The notes under the pieces are model-generated. The model worked only from the letters and a program-made list of their open reading frames with translations, was not told where the DNA came from and ran no database searches. Below, piece by piece: positions 11,558-24,069 of a DNA stretch of 64,000 nucleotides. Source of the DNA: Centroscyllium fabricii. Its lineage: Eukaryota. The translations under genes were made by a program, and so were the position numbers. The first letter of the stretch is position 1, and each line of letters opens with the position of its first letter. The DNA lies in assembly GCA_051313645.2 (NCBI GenBank), contig JBNRSN020000010.1:9238001-9302000 (forward strand). The letters are read 5' to 3'.

Positions 11558-13735
11558 ACATATAAACATAGCAAAATAGGGGTAGAAGTAGGCCATTTGA
11601 CATTCAAGCCTGCTCCGGCATTGAATATGATCATGGCTGGCCCACTAACTAATTACCAAATTCCCGCTATCTTCCCATACCCTTTGTTGCCCATTGTGTC
11701 CAGAAACCAATCTATCGCTTTCTTAAATATAGTCAGGGACATGGCCTCCACGACGTTCTGTGGTAGTGAATTCCATAGGTTCACCACTCTCTGAGTGAAG
11801 ACATTCCTCCTCATCTCAGTCCAAAATGACCTACCTCATATCCTGCGACTGTGATCCTCCGTTCAGGAATCTCCAGCCAGGGGAAACATTCGCCCAGAAC
11901 CCAGTCCGTCCAGCCATGCAGAATTGTTTACATTTCAATGAGATCCCCTCATATTCTTCTGAACTCTAGTGAATACATGTCTAGTCGACCTGATCTCTGC
12001 TCATCCGTCAGTCCTTCCAACCCAGGAATAAGTCTGCTGAACATTCGCTGCACTCTCTCTATGGCAAGTATATCCTTACTTAGTTAATGAGATCAACATT
12101 GCACACAGTACTTAAGGTGTTGTTTCATTAAGGCCCTGCATTACTGTAGTATGACATCCTTGCTCCTGTACTAAAACCATCTTGCAATGAAGGCGATCAT
12201 ACCATTTGACCTCCTAAATTCTTGCTGCACCTGCATGTTTACTTTCAGTGACTGGTGTGCAAGAACACACAGGCGCCTTTGTACATCAACATTTCCCAAA
12301 CTATCACCATTTAAATCATATTCTCCTTTCTGGTTCTCCTTCCGAATTGGATAACTTCACAATTATCCACGTTAAACTACATCTGTCATGTATTTGCCCA
12401 CTAACGCAAAGTTTCTAAATCGCATTGCATCCTCTTTACATCCTTCTCACATTTCACAATCCCAACTAGTTTGATGTCGTCTGTAGTCTTGGAAACATTA
12501 CATTTGAATCACTCATCTAAATCACTGAAGAATATTGTTAATAGCTTGGGCACAAGCATTGATCCCTGCGGTATGTCACTTGTCTCCACTTGCCACCCCG
12601 AAAAAGACCCATTTATTCCTGAGCTCACTTTCTAGTCTGTTAAACAAATTTCAATCACTGCCTGCATACTACCCCAATGCCATGTGCTGTAATTTTGCAC
12701 ACTACCGTTTTATCTGGGATTTTAACAAAGTCCTTCTGAAAATCCAATCATCACTTGCACTGATTCTCCCTTATCTATTCTACCTGTTATATCGTCAACA
12801 TTCCCCAGTAGGTCTGTCAAACACGATTCCGCATTCACAAATCCATGGTGACTTTGTCTGAACCCGTGATATTTTCTGAGTTTACTGTTATCACATTATT
12901 TATAATAGACTCTAGCATTTTCCCTAGAACTGATGCTAGGCTAACCGATCTGTAGTTCCCTGTTTTCTATCTCCCTCCTTTTTTAAATAGTGGGGTTACT
13001 TTTGCCAGCCTCAAATCTGCAGGAGCTGCTCATTGACCTATAGAATTTTGGATGATGACAACCAATGCATCCACTGTTTACATGGCTACCCCTGAAATAC
13101 TCTGTGATGTAGATTATCAGGCCATGGGGTATTTATCGGCTTTCAGTCCCATTATTTTCTCCAGCACTTTCTTGTCTAATTTACCGTAATTCCTCCTACT
13201 CACTTGATTCCTGGTTACCGAGCATTTCTGGGAATTTAATTATCTCCTCTTCCGGAATTCAGAACCAAATAATTTGTTTAATTGCTCTGTCATTTCCTTG
13301 TTCCCCATTGTAACATTTCCTGTTTCTGAATGCAAGGGACTTCATTTGCCGCCACTACTCTTTTTCGTTTTACATACTTGTAGCTGCTTTTACAGTCCGC
13401 TTTGACGTTCATTGCACGTTTACTCGCTAACTCTATTTTACCTTCTTTATCAATTCATTGGACAAATTTTGCTGAATGCTAAACTGTTTCCAATCCACAG
13501 GTATGCTAATTTTTCTGGTATCTTTATATGACTCCTCTTTAGATCATATGATATCGTTAATTTATTTCGTTACCCATGGTTGGGCCGCTTTTCCTTTTGT
13601 GTTATTGCGCCAGAAAGTAATGTATAACTGCTGCACTTCATGCAATTGTTCCTTCAATGTCAGGCATTTCCTATCCATCGCCATTTCGTTTAATAAAGCT
13701 CCCCAATCTATCATAGCCAACTCACTCCTCAAAGA
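11558..13735 (-). mobile_element. CR1/HER1 LINE fragment
   Basis: Tail aaacatag..gtaggccatt at ~11565; RT region gctaaccgatctgtagttccctg (NYR.VSL on the - strand). Confidence 0.85.
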
Positions 13736-16398
13736 ATTAACTCACTTTGATATTGCGATGGATGGCGAATCCGACATGCAGCAGGGTGGGAACGGTATCA
13801 GCGAAGAAAACCGACATGGGACAGGTGGGAAGGACAAGATTTGGAGATTTAAATATGGAGCAGGAAGTCGAACGTTTGTGGAGAAAATCGGGAAAGGAGC
13901 AGCAGTAAGAGAAGATCAAGTGTCAATTAGTTTGCAGCAGATGGAGGTAAGGAATAAAAGGTTGTCGGATAGAGATGGGTTTGAAGGAAGGTAGTAGAGC
14001 TAGAGACGGTTTCAAATGTAAAGGAAATTCAGGCAAGCATGGAGCAGGTGGGACGGAACGTGCATCTGGGGAAGTGAGGTAGAATTCAATCAGACATAGA
14101 GCTGATGGAAATGTTAATTTGGTAGAATCATATATGGAACCGGTGGCGGGCGGACGCAATATATAAAGTGCTCAGACTGAATCGGTGATGGTTGCAGCGA
14201 TTTCTGAAACTTAACCGTGGGAGCCGTCCACAGAATGTATGCATCAGCAGAAATAAGTAACAAGTAGAATGAGACCCGCAGGAGACACAGTGATAGCATT
14301 AACTTTTAATATTTATATTAAATACAGAATCTAATTTAGAAATCAATTCAATGTTTAAAGTTTCTCAGTTTGGCAATAATTTAAAGGTGTTGCAGAACTG
14401 TTAGAATTAAGGGCAAATGAATGTCTTAAATTATATCTCCACCAGAAAAGATTAAAAGGCCGATGAAAGAGAAATGTCACGTGTTTACCGCCCACATTTG
14501 CGGGTTGATTTTCAGTTATGAAACCGGAGCTTCATACTCATGGATATGAACGTACGGAAGAAGACTGCACTCATTAACTGTAGATTGTTTCCAGGATTGT
14601 ATAACCATTGTCCAGTTGCTACCTGAAAACTAGCTTGTGACGGCAATTGTATAAATTAGAGAAATAAGGAATATCTTAACATTATAAAGGGCCTCATACT
14701 GAGAGTAATTGAGTTGCGATCCGAATGTAGATAATTTAATCAGAGTTTTGAATTAGGACAAATAAACAGTTAAAGATCGAAAGGGATGACATTTCCAAAC
14801 ACAGCATTTCAAAGCAGAGAGTTAACTGTGTCCTTCTAACTGGTGCTTGTTGAAAGGAAAATAACAGCCATCGTTGGCCCTTACTATCTGGACCACGTCA
14901 TCGTCCGATAATCAACGTTTTTATTGGTGAGCAATAAAGTTCAGTTGAGGGCGTCAAACTAACACCCACTCCAGAGACTCGTTTATATGCAACGTTTTCT
15001 GAACTGCAGAAGTAAGGGCTTTGGGAAATGTAATCCTTGTTATCACACACAGAATTAATGACTTTGTTAAAACCATCAATATATCATCAGAACATTTCAA
15101 CGCGAATGAGACCATTGTTGATTCAGCTCTTAACCTGCAGCAGATAAAATGAAGGGGACGGATTGTGCTGATCAGGCTGAAGGTCGTGTTTATGACTGTG
15201 ATACTGAACTTTATCCAGGGTGTGTGCATTAAACTGCGGAGCGCACAACGCTAATTTAGCCAGACACGCTGGAACCAGAATCAGAAGCCGCAGCACAAGT
15301 AAGCATTCAAAATGTACCGAGCACCATGATTGTGTCTCAATGCATAGGCATTGGCCCATTGTCGTTGATTTGTTTGTTGGTAAATGATATTAACAAGTTG
15401 TAGGGTCCATACTGGATCAGGTAAGGAACGATTTGCTTTTGTTCAGGAATAAGTGTGCTGCAGGTAATACAATATACCAGCGTATAACTGCCTAATACGA
15501 ACTCCAAAGCTAAAGTTCCAATGTTGCAAATAGTATTTCAATGTATTACTCGTTGATGACACTGTTACTAGTTACACAAAGTTCGAGGTCGAAACGTTTC
15601 AACATGAAACACCGTAAGTAAACGTCACTGAAATCGGGAGTTTCCAATCAAAGGAACTTCAGTAATTCGCTTTGACTCGCGTTGGTCTCATTATGCTAGG
15701 ATTCGATGTTGCCAAACAGAGTAAAATATTGCATTGTTGCCGAGTTCAGTTCCAGTTACATCTTCTGTCGCACTAAACTCATGCATTTGTAAGCAAGTCT
15801 GGATTCGAGGATTTCAGGCACCACCGAAAACAGCGTCGGTGAGCAGGTTGTTGATGAATTAATGTTGCTTGAATAGCTCATCCATTACCTTTCCTGAACA
15901 CGGTGATGTGGCGCATAGGGCGGGGATTGCGAGGATCTCGTCTGGTGTTGACTTTGTGGATGGACACAGCTGTATGGTCTTTTTGTATTTTCCATCCGAT
16001 ACTTATATCAGATGCACTTGAATAGCTTCCCTCAGGGAAGTTCGGACCCTCAGCGATTCTGCAGCTAATGTTGTGATGTAGTCAGGAACAAAACCATTCA
16101 AGTTGTTCTGCGCACTCATCTGCTTATTAATCTCAAGTGGAGTGAACTGAATTTGCGGTACACTGATCCTATTAAGGTGTCAAACTCTCGATGACTCCCA
16201 ACAGAATCATCCACTTAGCCCTTTTAACCGAAGACACTTACCTGCCCTTCGCTCTTCTATCGTGAATTGACCTGATGATTTCCCACTTATTTGAGGCTAG
16301 GAATGTTCCGAGAATCCCATCCGACAGTTAATTGTGTAATTGTCCAGCACCATACTGGTCTGTGATATCTTATCAATAACCTCGGTGACGAGAAGTTA

Positions 16399-16650
16399 TG
16401 TGGTGAATAAAAGGCTTTTATTCACTAAGACATGGGCATGCCCCAGCTAGTCGACTGCTCCCGGAATGATGGGGGGAGGGAGACAGTCACTTTTATACTT
16501 GGTCCAGGGAGGAGGGGCCACAGGCGGAGTCAGCACGGGCATGCCCAGGCAAGCTATACACGAAGAACTATATACACACAGAGAGGGTCATACATAGAAT
16601 GCTAACGGTTATAGATATGATACAGATATATAATGCAGTGGTTTACCACA
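16399..16650 (-). mobile_element. Short solo LTR
   Basis: Termini TGTGGTGAA...TTTACCACA; TATAAAA and AATAAA on the - strand; no clean TSD. Confidence 0.6.
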
Positions 16651-18184
16651 GTCTGTACTCATGTGGTTACAAAACTGGGCTCTTTTCCGTCAGTTCTTTA
16701 AACAGTTTTGCTCTGTCTATTGGATTATGCTTTTTCTTCCTGTGGCTGTTGGTATACCTCATTCTACTACCCTTTGAACTATATCTTATGCCATGTTTAT
16801 TGCCTTGCAATTGAGGAAAGAGTGAAGCTATTCCGGGTTGTATTGTTATAATTCATCGGGAAGGGGGAGGGGTCGGTTGCCTGGTAAGCTGGTAATCAGC
16901 AGAAGTTCGTTTTAACCATTCCTTCACCAGTGTGTATGTAACAGAGTGTGTGCTTGAGGTACTCAATTTACAAATTCAATCGGTGTACATTGGAGAAAAT
17001 GATACTGCCAATGAGGCAGTGAAGGAGAAGATAGTGGCGATATTGGATACGATGTGTGATGAGAAGAAGTACTTAACAGTTTGGCAGTATTCAACGTCCA
17101 GAGGGGCGGCATTCCAGGTTGCTGAAGGAAGTAATTGTGTCAACTGCTGAGTTTCCACAATCTTCCAATCATTTGTAGATATGGTGGCGCTGCCAGAGGC
17201 ATGGTTAATTGGAAATGTGAAATTGCTGTTGAGAAGGGGAGAGGGTTAAATACCAGAAATTACAGGCCAGTCGGCCTAAAGCCGGTGGTGAGGAACCTTT
17301 TCGAGACATTTGCCCCCGAAGCCCTTGTATTTTATAACTTCATAAATAGAATGTAACTGAACATTAACCATTAAGACAAGGTCAGTATTGATGATTTAGA
17401 CTTTGCTAAAATTGTATTGGCATCAGACAATATGCAGGTCATGTCTCTGGAAACTTGGCGGGACAATAATCCAGGACAAAACTAACTTGCATTTTGAAAA
17501 TTATGGACTAATATATGAAAGTACTCGCGGGTTGTTAAAGGGAAATCTTTTCTGTCTAACTGTACCGAGTTGTTGATGAAGTAACTGCGGGCGTTCTTAA
17601 GGATAGTGCAGTGTAGTGCATGCCGACTTTCGAAAGCCATTTGAGAGATTACCATATAATAGTCTTGTTAGAAAATTTAAATCCTATGCGATAAAGTGAT
17701 CAATGGCAGCTTGGATGCAATACTTTCAAAGGGACAGAAAACAATATAATTGTGTACTGTAGTTTTTCAGACCGGAGGTACGTTTACAGTGTTGTTCCCC
17801 AGGGGTCGGTATGAGGGACACTGCTCTGCTTGACGTATATTAATGACATGGGGCTGTGTATAACGGGTACAATTTCATAGTGAACAGATGATATAGCAGT
17901 TAGAAATTTAGTAAACAATGAGGAGGATATTTATATACTTCAGGCCGACATTAGCAGATTGGTTAATTTGCAGGCACGTGGTAGTTTAAATTCAAAGCGT
18001 AGGAGGAGAAGTGAGATATTTGATAGGATAAGTAATGAAACACAATATACATTAACTGTTACTCTTTTCAAGGGCATGCAATACGAGATATGCTAAGTTT
18101 TGTATGCAAATACAGCTTTGAAGATGACAGGATACGTTGGGAAGGCTGCTAAAAACACATGTTATCACTGGCTTTACTAATATA

Positions 18185-19839
18185 TGACGTGGTGGTGCCG
18201 GTGTTGGACTGGGGTGGACAACTGTAAGATGTCGCACAACACCAGGTTATATTCCAACAGTTTTATTTGAAAGCACAAGCTTTCGGAGCGTAGATCCTTC
18301 ATCAGGTGTGTAAAAGAGATTCATTTAAACACAGCATATAGAGGAGGGAGAGAGCAATGTAATCGTTACAACAACGCACCTCAGCAGAGAGACATAACAA
18401 ACAACCAAAGGTGTTTTAAAATATTTTAAAATATCAATCAGGCGCCAGACTGGGATCAATGAGGTGCAGTCACAAAGGGTCAAATGTTGTAGTCTGGATT
18501 CTGTGTGGAAACTGACAGAAAGATTAAAAAAAAGACCTTTTTCGGTAAATCGCAGCCGTATCTGTGTAGAGAGAACAAGCCGAAGACGACTCGAGTCTGG
18601 ATGACTCTACGTCAGGCGGGGTCACATGTAGCGCGACATGAAGCCCATATCATGTTTGAGGCCGTCCTCGTGAGTGTGGAACTTGGCTATCAGCCTCTGC
18701 TCGATGATTTTGCGTTGTTGTGTGTCTCGAAGGCCGCTTTGGAGAATGCTTACCCGTAGATTTGAGGCTGAATGTCATTAACTGCTGAAGTGTTCCCCAC
18801 CTGGGGGGGAACACACCTGCCTGGCGATTGTTGTGCAGTGTCCGTTCATCGATTGTCGTCGTGTCTGCATGGTCATGCTGATGTACCATGCTCCGGGGCA
18901 TTCTATCCCTCAACATATGAGGTAGACAACGTTGGTCGAGTCATATGAGAATGTACCATGTACCTGGTATGTGGTGTCCTCACGTGTAATGATGGTATCT
19001 GTGCTGCTGATATGGCAGGTCTTGCAGAGGTTGCCGTGGCAGTGTTGTGTGTTGTCGTCGTTGCTGCTCTCCTGAAAGCTGGGTAATTTGCTATGAATGA
19101 TGGTCTGTTTGAGGGAAGGTGGCTGCTTGGAGGCGAGTAGTGGAGGCTTGTGGATGGCCTGAGCGAGGTGTTCATCGTCATCGATGACATGTTGAAGGCT
19201 GCGAAGAACATGGCTTAGTTTCTCCGCTCCGGGGATGTACTGGACGACAAAGGGTAGTCTTTTGGTTGTGGCCCGTGTTCGGCTTCTGAGGAGTTCTATG
19301 TGATTTTATGTTGTGTCCCGGAGCATGGTACATCGGCGGGACCATGCAGACACTACGATAATGGATGAACGGACACCGTACAACAATCGCCTGGCAGCAG
19401 TGTTCACTCCAAGTCGGGGAAAACTTCAGCAGTCAAGTACATTCAGCCTCCGATCTTTGGGTAAGCATTCTCCAAGGTGCCGTTCGAGACACACGACAAT
19501 GCAAAATCGTCGAGCAGAGGCTGATAGATATGTTCCGCGCTCATGAGGACTGCCTGAACCGTGATTTTGCCTTCATGTCGCCCTACATCTGACCCCGCCT
19601 GATTTAGAGTCATCCAGACTCGAGTCGTCTTTGGCTTGTTCTCTCGACACAGATGCGGCTGCGATTTCCAGTAAGAAAAATCTTTTTTTTAATCATTCTG
19701 TGCGTTTTCACACAGGCACCATACTGCAACATTTGACCTTTTGTGACTGCACCTCATTGATCTCAGGCTGTGCTCCGAAAGTTTGTGATTTCAAATAAAA
19801 CTGTTGTACTATAACCTGGTGTTGTCTGACTTCTTACAA
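18185..19839. mobile_element. Penelope-like element with inverted arms (copy 2, both ends present)
   Basis: 12-bp TSD TTTACTAATATA at 18173-18184 and 19840-19851. The - arm (~18185-19315) encodes RT tail, Cys linker and GIY-YIG (NVVYLIC..WYI); the + arm spans ~19316-19839. The left arm has a ~35-bp extra tail. Confidence 0.92.
18274..18310 (-). ncRNA. Minimal hammerhead ribozyme motif
   Basis: Reverse complement reads cacac-CTGATGA-a-ggatc-tac-gctcc-GAAA-gcttgtg. Confidence 0.65.
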
Positions 19840-22036
19840 TTTACTAATATAGTCATATAATACAAAACCTAGCAAGTTATGATAAACGTTTATATAACGC
19901 TGTCGATGCATCAGCTGGAGCATTGTGTTCAATTTCCGGCACCACACTCTCGGTAGTGTGTCAAGGTCTTCGATAAATTCAGAAGAGATTTACATGAATG
20001 ACACTAGATTTGAGGAAGATCATTAACGTGGAGAGAATGGAGAACCTGGGTTTGATCTGCTTAGAGCAGAGAAGTTTGGCAGGGGATTGGATACATGTCT
20101 TCAAAATGATGAACGGCTTTGATAGACTAAGTAAGAATATATCGTTTCCAGTTGTATAATGTTTGCTTACCAAAGGACACACACTTAGTGTAACTGGCAA
20201 AAGAACCAGAGGCGATTTGAGGCGATATTTTTTTAAACGTAGCGAGTTTTCGTGGCCTGGAATGCACTGCTTGAAATGATGGTCGAAGCAAATACAATAG
20301 TAACTTTAAAAAGGGCATTTGGTCAATACTTGAAGTAAAAAATACAGTGAAGAACAAGTGTTTGGGACTAATTGGAAAACTCTAACATCGAGCCAGCACA
20401 GGGTGATGGATGGAATGACCTCCTATGTGCTGTCATAATATGACTTAATGGGTATAAGTGTCAACGTGACAGATTTACCAGGCTTTTCGCCTCCGACTAA
20501 ATGCCATTCTGTCCGAATTCATGTGGGCCTGCCTTGCTGAATGGATCATATATGCCAAAGGAAGTTTATAGAGGTGTATGTGATACATTTTAACAGATAT
20601 GATTCTGCTGATACGACTATCACGCAGGCTGCTGAAAGTTACATCATTTCAAACAATAGCTTGCATTGATATACCTTTAATACAGAAAAATGTCACAAGG
20701 TACTTCACGAAGTCATAATCATGAAAAGTTCACATTGGCCAAAAAGGAGATATGAGGAGGGCTTAATGACAACAACTTTATTGAAAAAGGAGGGCTTCGG
20801 GAACGCCAGAAAGGAAGAGAGGGAAGTGACGGGCGTTAGGGAGGGATTTATGGAGCATGGGGATTAGGTGAGTTAAAATACATTTGCCAATGGCAAGTCA
20901 CTAGTTGTTCAGAAGTTTTGAAAATGTATCCAGACGAGTATATTTGAAAAAGGTAATTGAATGTATGCTTAACGGGTGAGATAAGGTAGGTATGATGGGA
21001 AGAGATTCATGTGGAGTTTCAACACCAGTACAGCGTAGTTTTACAAAATGTCCTTTTTCTGTATTGTATATTCTGGGCAATTCTGTGTAACACACGAAAG
21101 GCTAGACTCAGGGGAACGTAGATTTACAAAGATTGGGTGGGGCTAGTGCATGGTGGGTTTATTCAGGACCAATATAAATGTGTTCATTTTGGGGACCACG
21201 TGCGAGTTTAGTTTACTGTAATATTCACTGTCCAATGTACCTCAAACTGACTTTACATTACTTTTGCCTACCATTGCACTTTAATTCTCCGCACATCTAA
21301 TACTTGTTTTTTACATAAATCTTAAGCCAGAATGAACATAACAACTGGACTCGGAATCAAAATCTCAGCACGCAATACAATGCGATGATGTGGATTGATT
21401 CCACTTGCCTTTTGTGATCGATTGAGGCATTTTCACCAGCAGCACAGACCACAACACCTAATATTGCTACAATTCCACATTTTTAGTCGATACATTCAGG
21501 CCAATACCACTGATCCGCAGGAGGCTCAGCTGGATTGTTGTGTACAATTCTTTACAACACACTTCATGAAGGATGATGGGCGCCTGGAGCGGGTCGAGCC
21601 TGGAGTTACCAGGATGATACTATGGATGAGGGACTTCAGTTATGTGGAGATATTGGAATGCGGGGGGTTGTTCGCCTTAGAGCAGAGAACGTTACGATAG
21701 TTCTAATCGAGGTGTTAAAGATTAAGAGGGTTTTGAATGGAGCAATTAGGGAGAAACGGATTCTCTGGCAATTGGCTCGGTAACCAAATGTCATAGATTT
21801 AAAATAATTAGCAAAATAACTTGAGGAATGGTGAGGAGAAATTCATGCACACAAAGGATTTTTAGGATATCACTACCTGAAAGAGAAGTGGGTTCAGAAT
21901 CCATAGGAATTTTCAGAAGGCAATTGAACATTTACTTGAAAATCGCTCATTTCCAGGGTTATGGCGAGAATTGGTGGGTTGTGTGATTTTTTTGGATAGC
22001 TCTTTCAAAGAGCCGGGACAGGCTCAATGGGCCGAG
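18451..22036 (+). repeat. Segmental duplication, copy B
   Basis: Paralog of 1-3705; has a ~120-bp deletion at ~19771 relative to copy A. Confidence 0.95.
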
Positions 22037-22149
22037 TCGCCTCTAGATCAGCTGTAAGGTTCTAAGATTATATCGCTTTAACCTGGGCTACTGTGATTTA
22101 TCGAGAACAGAACAGCTAAATATTTCCATTGAAAACAAATATTAAAGAA

Positions 22150-22540
22150 ACACTTGCATTTATATAGCGCCTTTCACGACCTCGGGACGTCGCTAAGCGT
22201 TTTACAGCCATATGAGTACTTTTGAAGTGTAGGTACTGTTGTAATGTAGGATACACGAAAGACAATTAACGCAACACAAGCTCCCACAAAAGACAACGTG
22301 ATAAAGACCAGATAACCTGTTTTATTTTGCTGGATATATATTGGCCAGGACACCAGGAATAAGTCCACTGCTCTTCTTCGAAATAGTAGCACGGAATATT
22401 TTTCGTCCACCTGAGAGAGCAGATGGGGCCTTCGTTAAAGCTCCCATCCGACCGACAACACCTCTTGAAGTGCAGCTCTAGATTGTTGTGCTTTCCACAC
22501 TTCTGACTAAGACGAGAGTACTACTAACCAAGCCACGGCT
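22150..22540 (-). mobile_element. Deu-domain SINE (AmnSINE1/SacSINE1-like)
   Basis: cttgcatttatatagcgcctttcacgacctc tail; ggccaggacacc..ctgctcttcttcgaaatagt..cgtccacctgagagagcaga core. Confidence 0.8.
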
Positions 22541-22639
22541 GAAACAAGATTGGCATGTGCCAGAAGTGACAACAATATTGATGTTTAGCAAGTCTCTGCA
22601 AATGTGCTTTATATAAACTTACCTTATTTGACAGGGATG

Positions 22640-23290
22640 TTAAAGCATAAATTAATGTAAAAAAATCTAATTTTTAAAACTCTTTTGCTGGTAAATGCAG
22701 GTCTTGCACCTTCTTTTACCAAGCATAAGAATTTCACCGGCATTCAATGGGCGGAAGTTGGCACACAGCGCAACTCTCCACCCGCAGATGCACTTCTCCC
22801 TGGGGTGCCGATAATCTGACAAAAAGTGTCTTTACTGAAGGCAAGTTCCGGGTTTTAACTCATGTCTGAGCCTGGAACCTTCGTGACCCACACAAGCGCT
22901 TTCATAACTCATACGCACACATAGTCGTCGCAAAATCAGCCCAAAACATTTACCTTTCCTAAGAATATTTTAAATTTATAAATTAGTGATTTTATTTTTT
23001 TCTATGTTTTAAAACTCTAAAAGCTTTAACCAAGCGTGTGAATTTGACAAGCTTTCAGCGGCCTGAAGTTTTTCATAAAGCGCATCCCCCCCCCCCCCCC
23101 CCCCCGCCTTCGGACACACTTTTCTCGTGCACGCGGATAATCCGTCAAGATCATTCTTGACAGAGCGCAAGTGCTGGGTTTCAGCGAATGTGCTTCGGCT
23201 GCCTGAAACTGGCTCTTGGGCGGCGCCTCTCCGGCGCCTACACAGCTCGGTATGCATACGTTCGGTTCGGAGAAACAGACTCTAGCCCCG
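22640..23290. mobile_element. Degenerate non-autonomous DNA element
   Basis: GC-rich ends with an AT-rich core like the neighbouring MITEs; terminus tctagcccc; contains a long C homopolymer. Confidence 0.4.
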
Positions 23291-23403
23291 TAAAGACATT
23301 TAATTATTTGTTTCAAAATATTACATTTTTATTTAAAGTATTTAATTAAATGGCATTCTATTTAATTCTAATAAATGTTGGCAAATGATCCGTCAGATGC
23401 AAT

Positions 23404-24069
23404 GGCCCGTGATTTCCAATCGGAGGCTTCTTGCTTGCGGAGGCCTCCGATCTGAAAAGATCTGCTAACTTACATGATTGCTCCCCAGGCACATATACGG
23501 CCTATCCAAACTGGAAATGCGCATGTCCAAAGTCCCCAGAGGTGCACATGGTTCACAAGCCAATCGCAGATGGGAATTTCCCTTCATTCACTTGAAAGAG
23601 AGACCTGTCAAATACATGAATGGTGATCACCCCAAAAACACTTTAAACCATGAAATATATATATTTTTAAATCATCACCTCGTTGAAAGTAAATTAAATC
23701 TAATTCTTTAAACAAAACATATTTTATTAACGGGCTAAAAATAAAAGTACCTTTAAAAGTCTGTTTAATTGATAAATTAGTGAAAACACTATTTTTTCAG
23801 TTTTTCCAAATCGTATGCTGTTAAAAGCAAGCATTGTGCCTGCTTTGATGAGGCATAATAATTCTAAGGGTTTACAGAGGGCGCATGTTCTCCAAAAAGT
23901 GTACCTCCCTGCTGGCAGAGACCCTTCACTAGGGCTAGACCATTACTGAAAACTCGGAAACGTCGCTTTTCAGCGCCTGCGGTGTGTATGCCTGAAACCG
24001 GCATTTCCGATGTCCCTATGGATAGGTACACAGCACGGACCCACCCGTAGGGATCGGAATATCTGGGCC
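23404..24069. mobile_element. Harbinger-like MITE
   Basis: TIRs ggcccgtgatttcc / ggaatatctgggcc flanked by aat/tat. Confidence 0.6.

Larger units (their letters stand above)
5290..11560. repeat. Degenerate 48-bp minisatellite, split by TEs into ~5290-5610, ~7545-8900 and ~11440-11560
   Basis: The tactggaggagca motif recurs at 8641, 8689, 8737, 8785, 8833 and 8881 (period 48). Consensus is about gtaccactagtactggaggagcacggtcacatctagtgtaagtgtaga. Confidence 0.85.
16950..20440 (+). mobile_element. Old CR1 LINE interrupted by Penelope at 18185-19839
   Basis: NYRPVGLKPVVRNLFE and gttccccaggggtcggt (VPQGSV); CR1 sequence resumes after the TSD at 19840. Confidence 0.8.

Noticed and set aside
13740-14230. 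Purine-biased segment, possibly the 5' ORF region of a Penelope-like element on the - strand
   Set aside because: Too degenerate to assign without a search.
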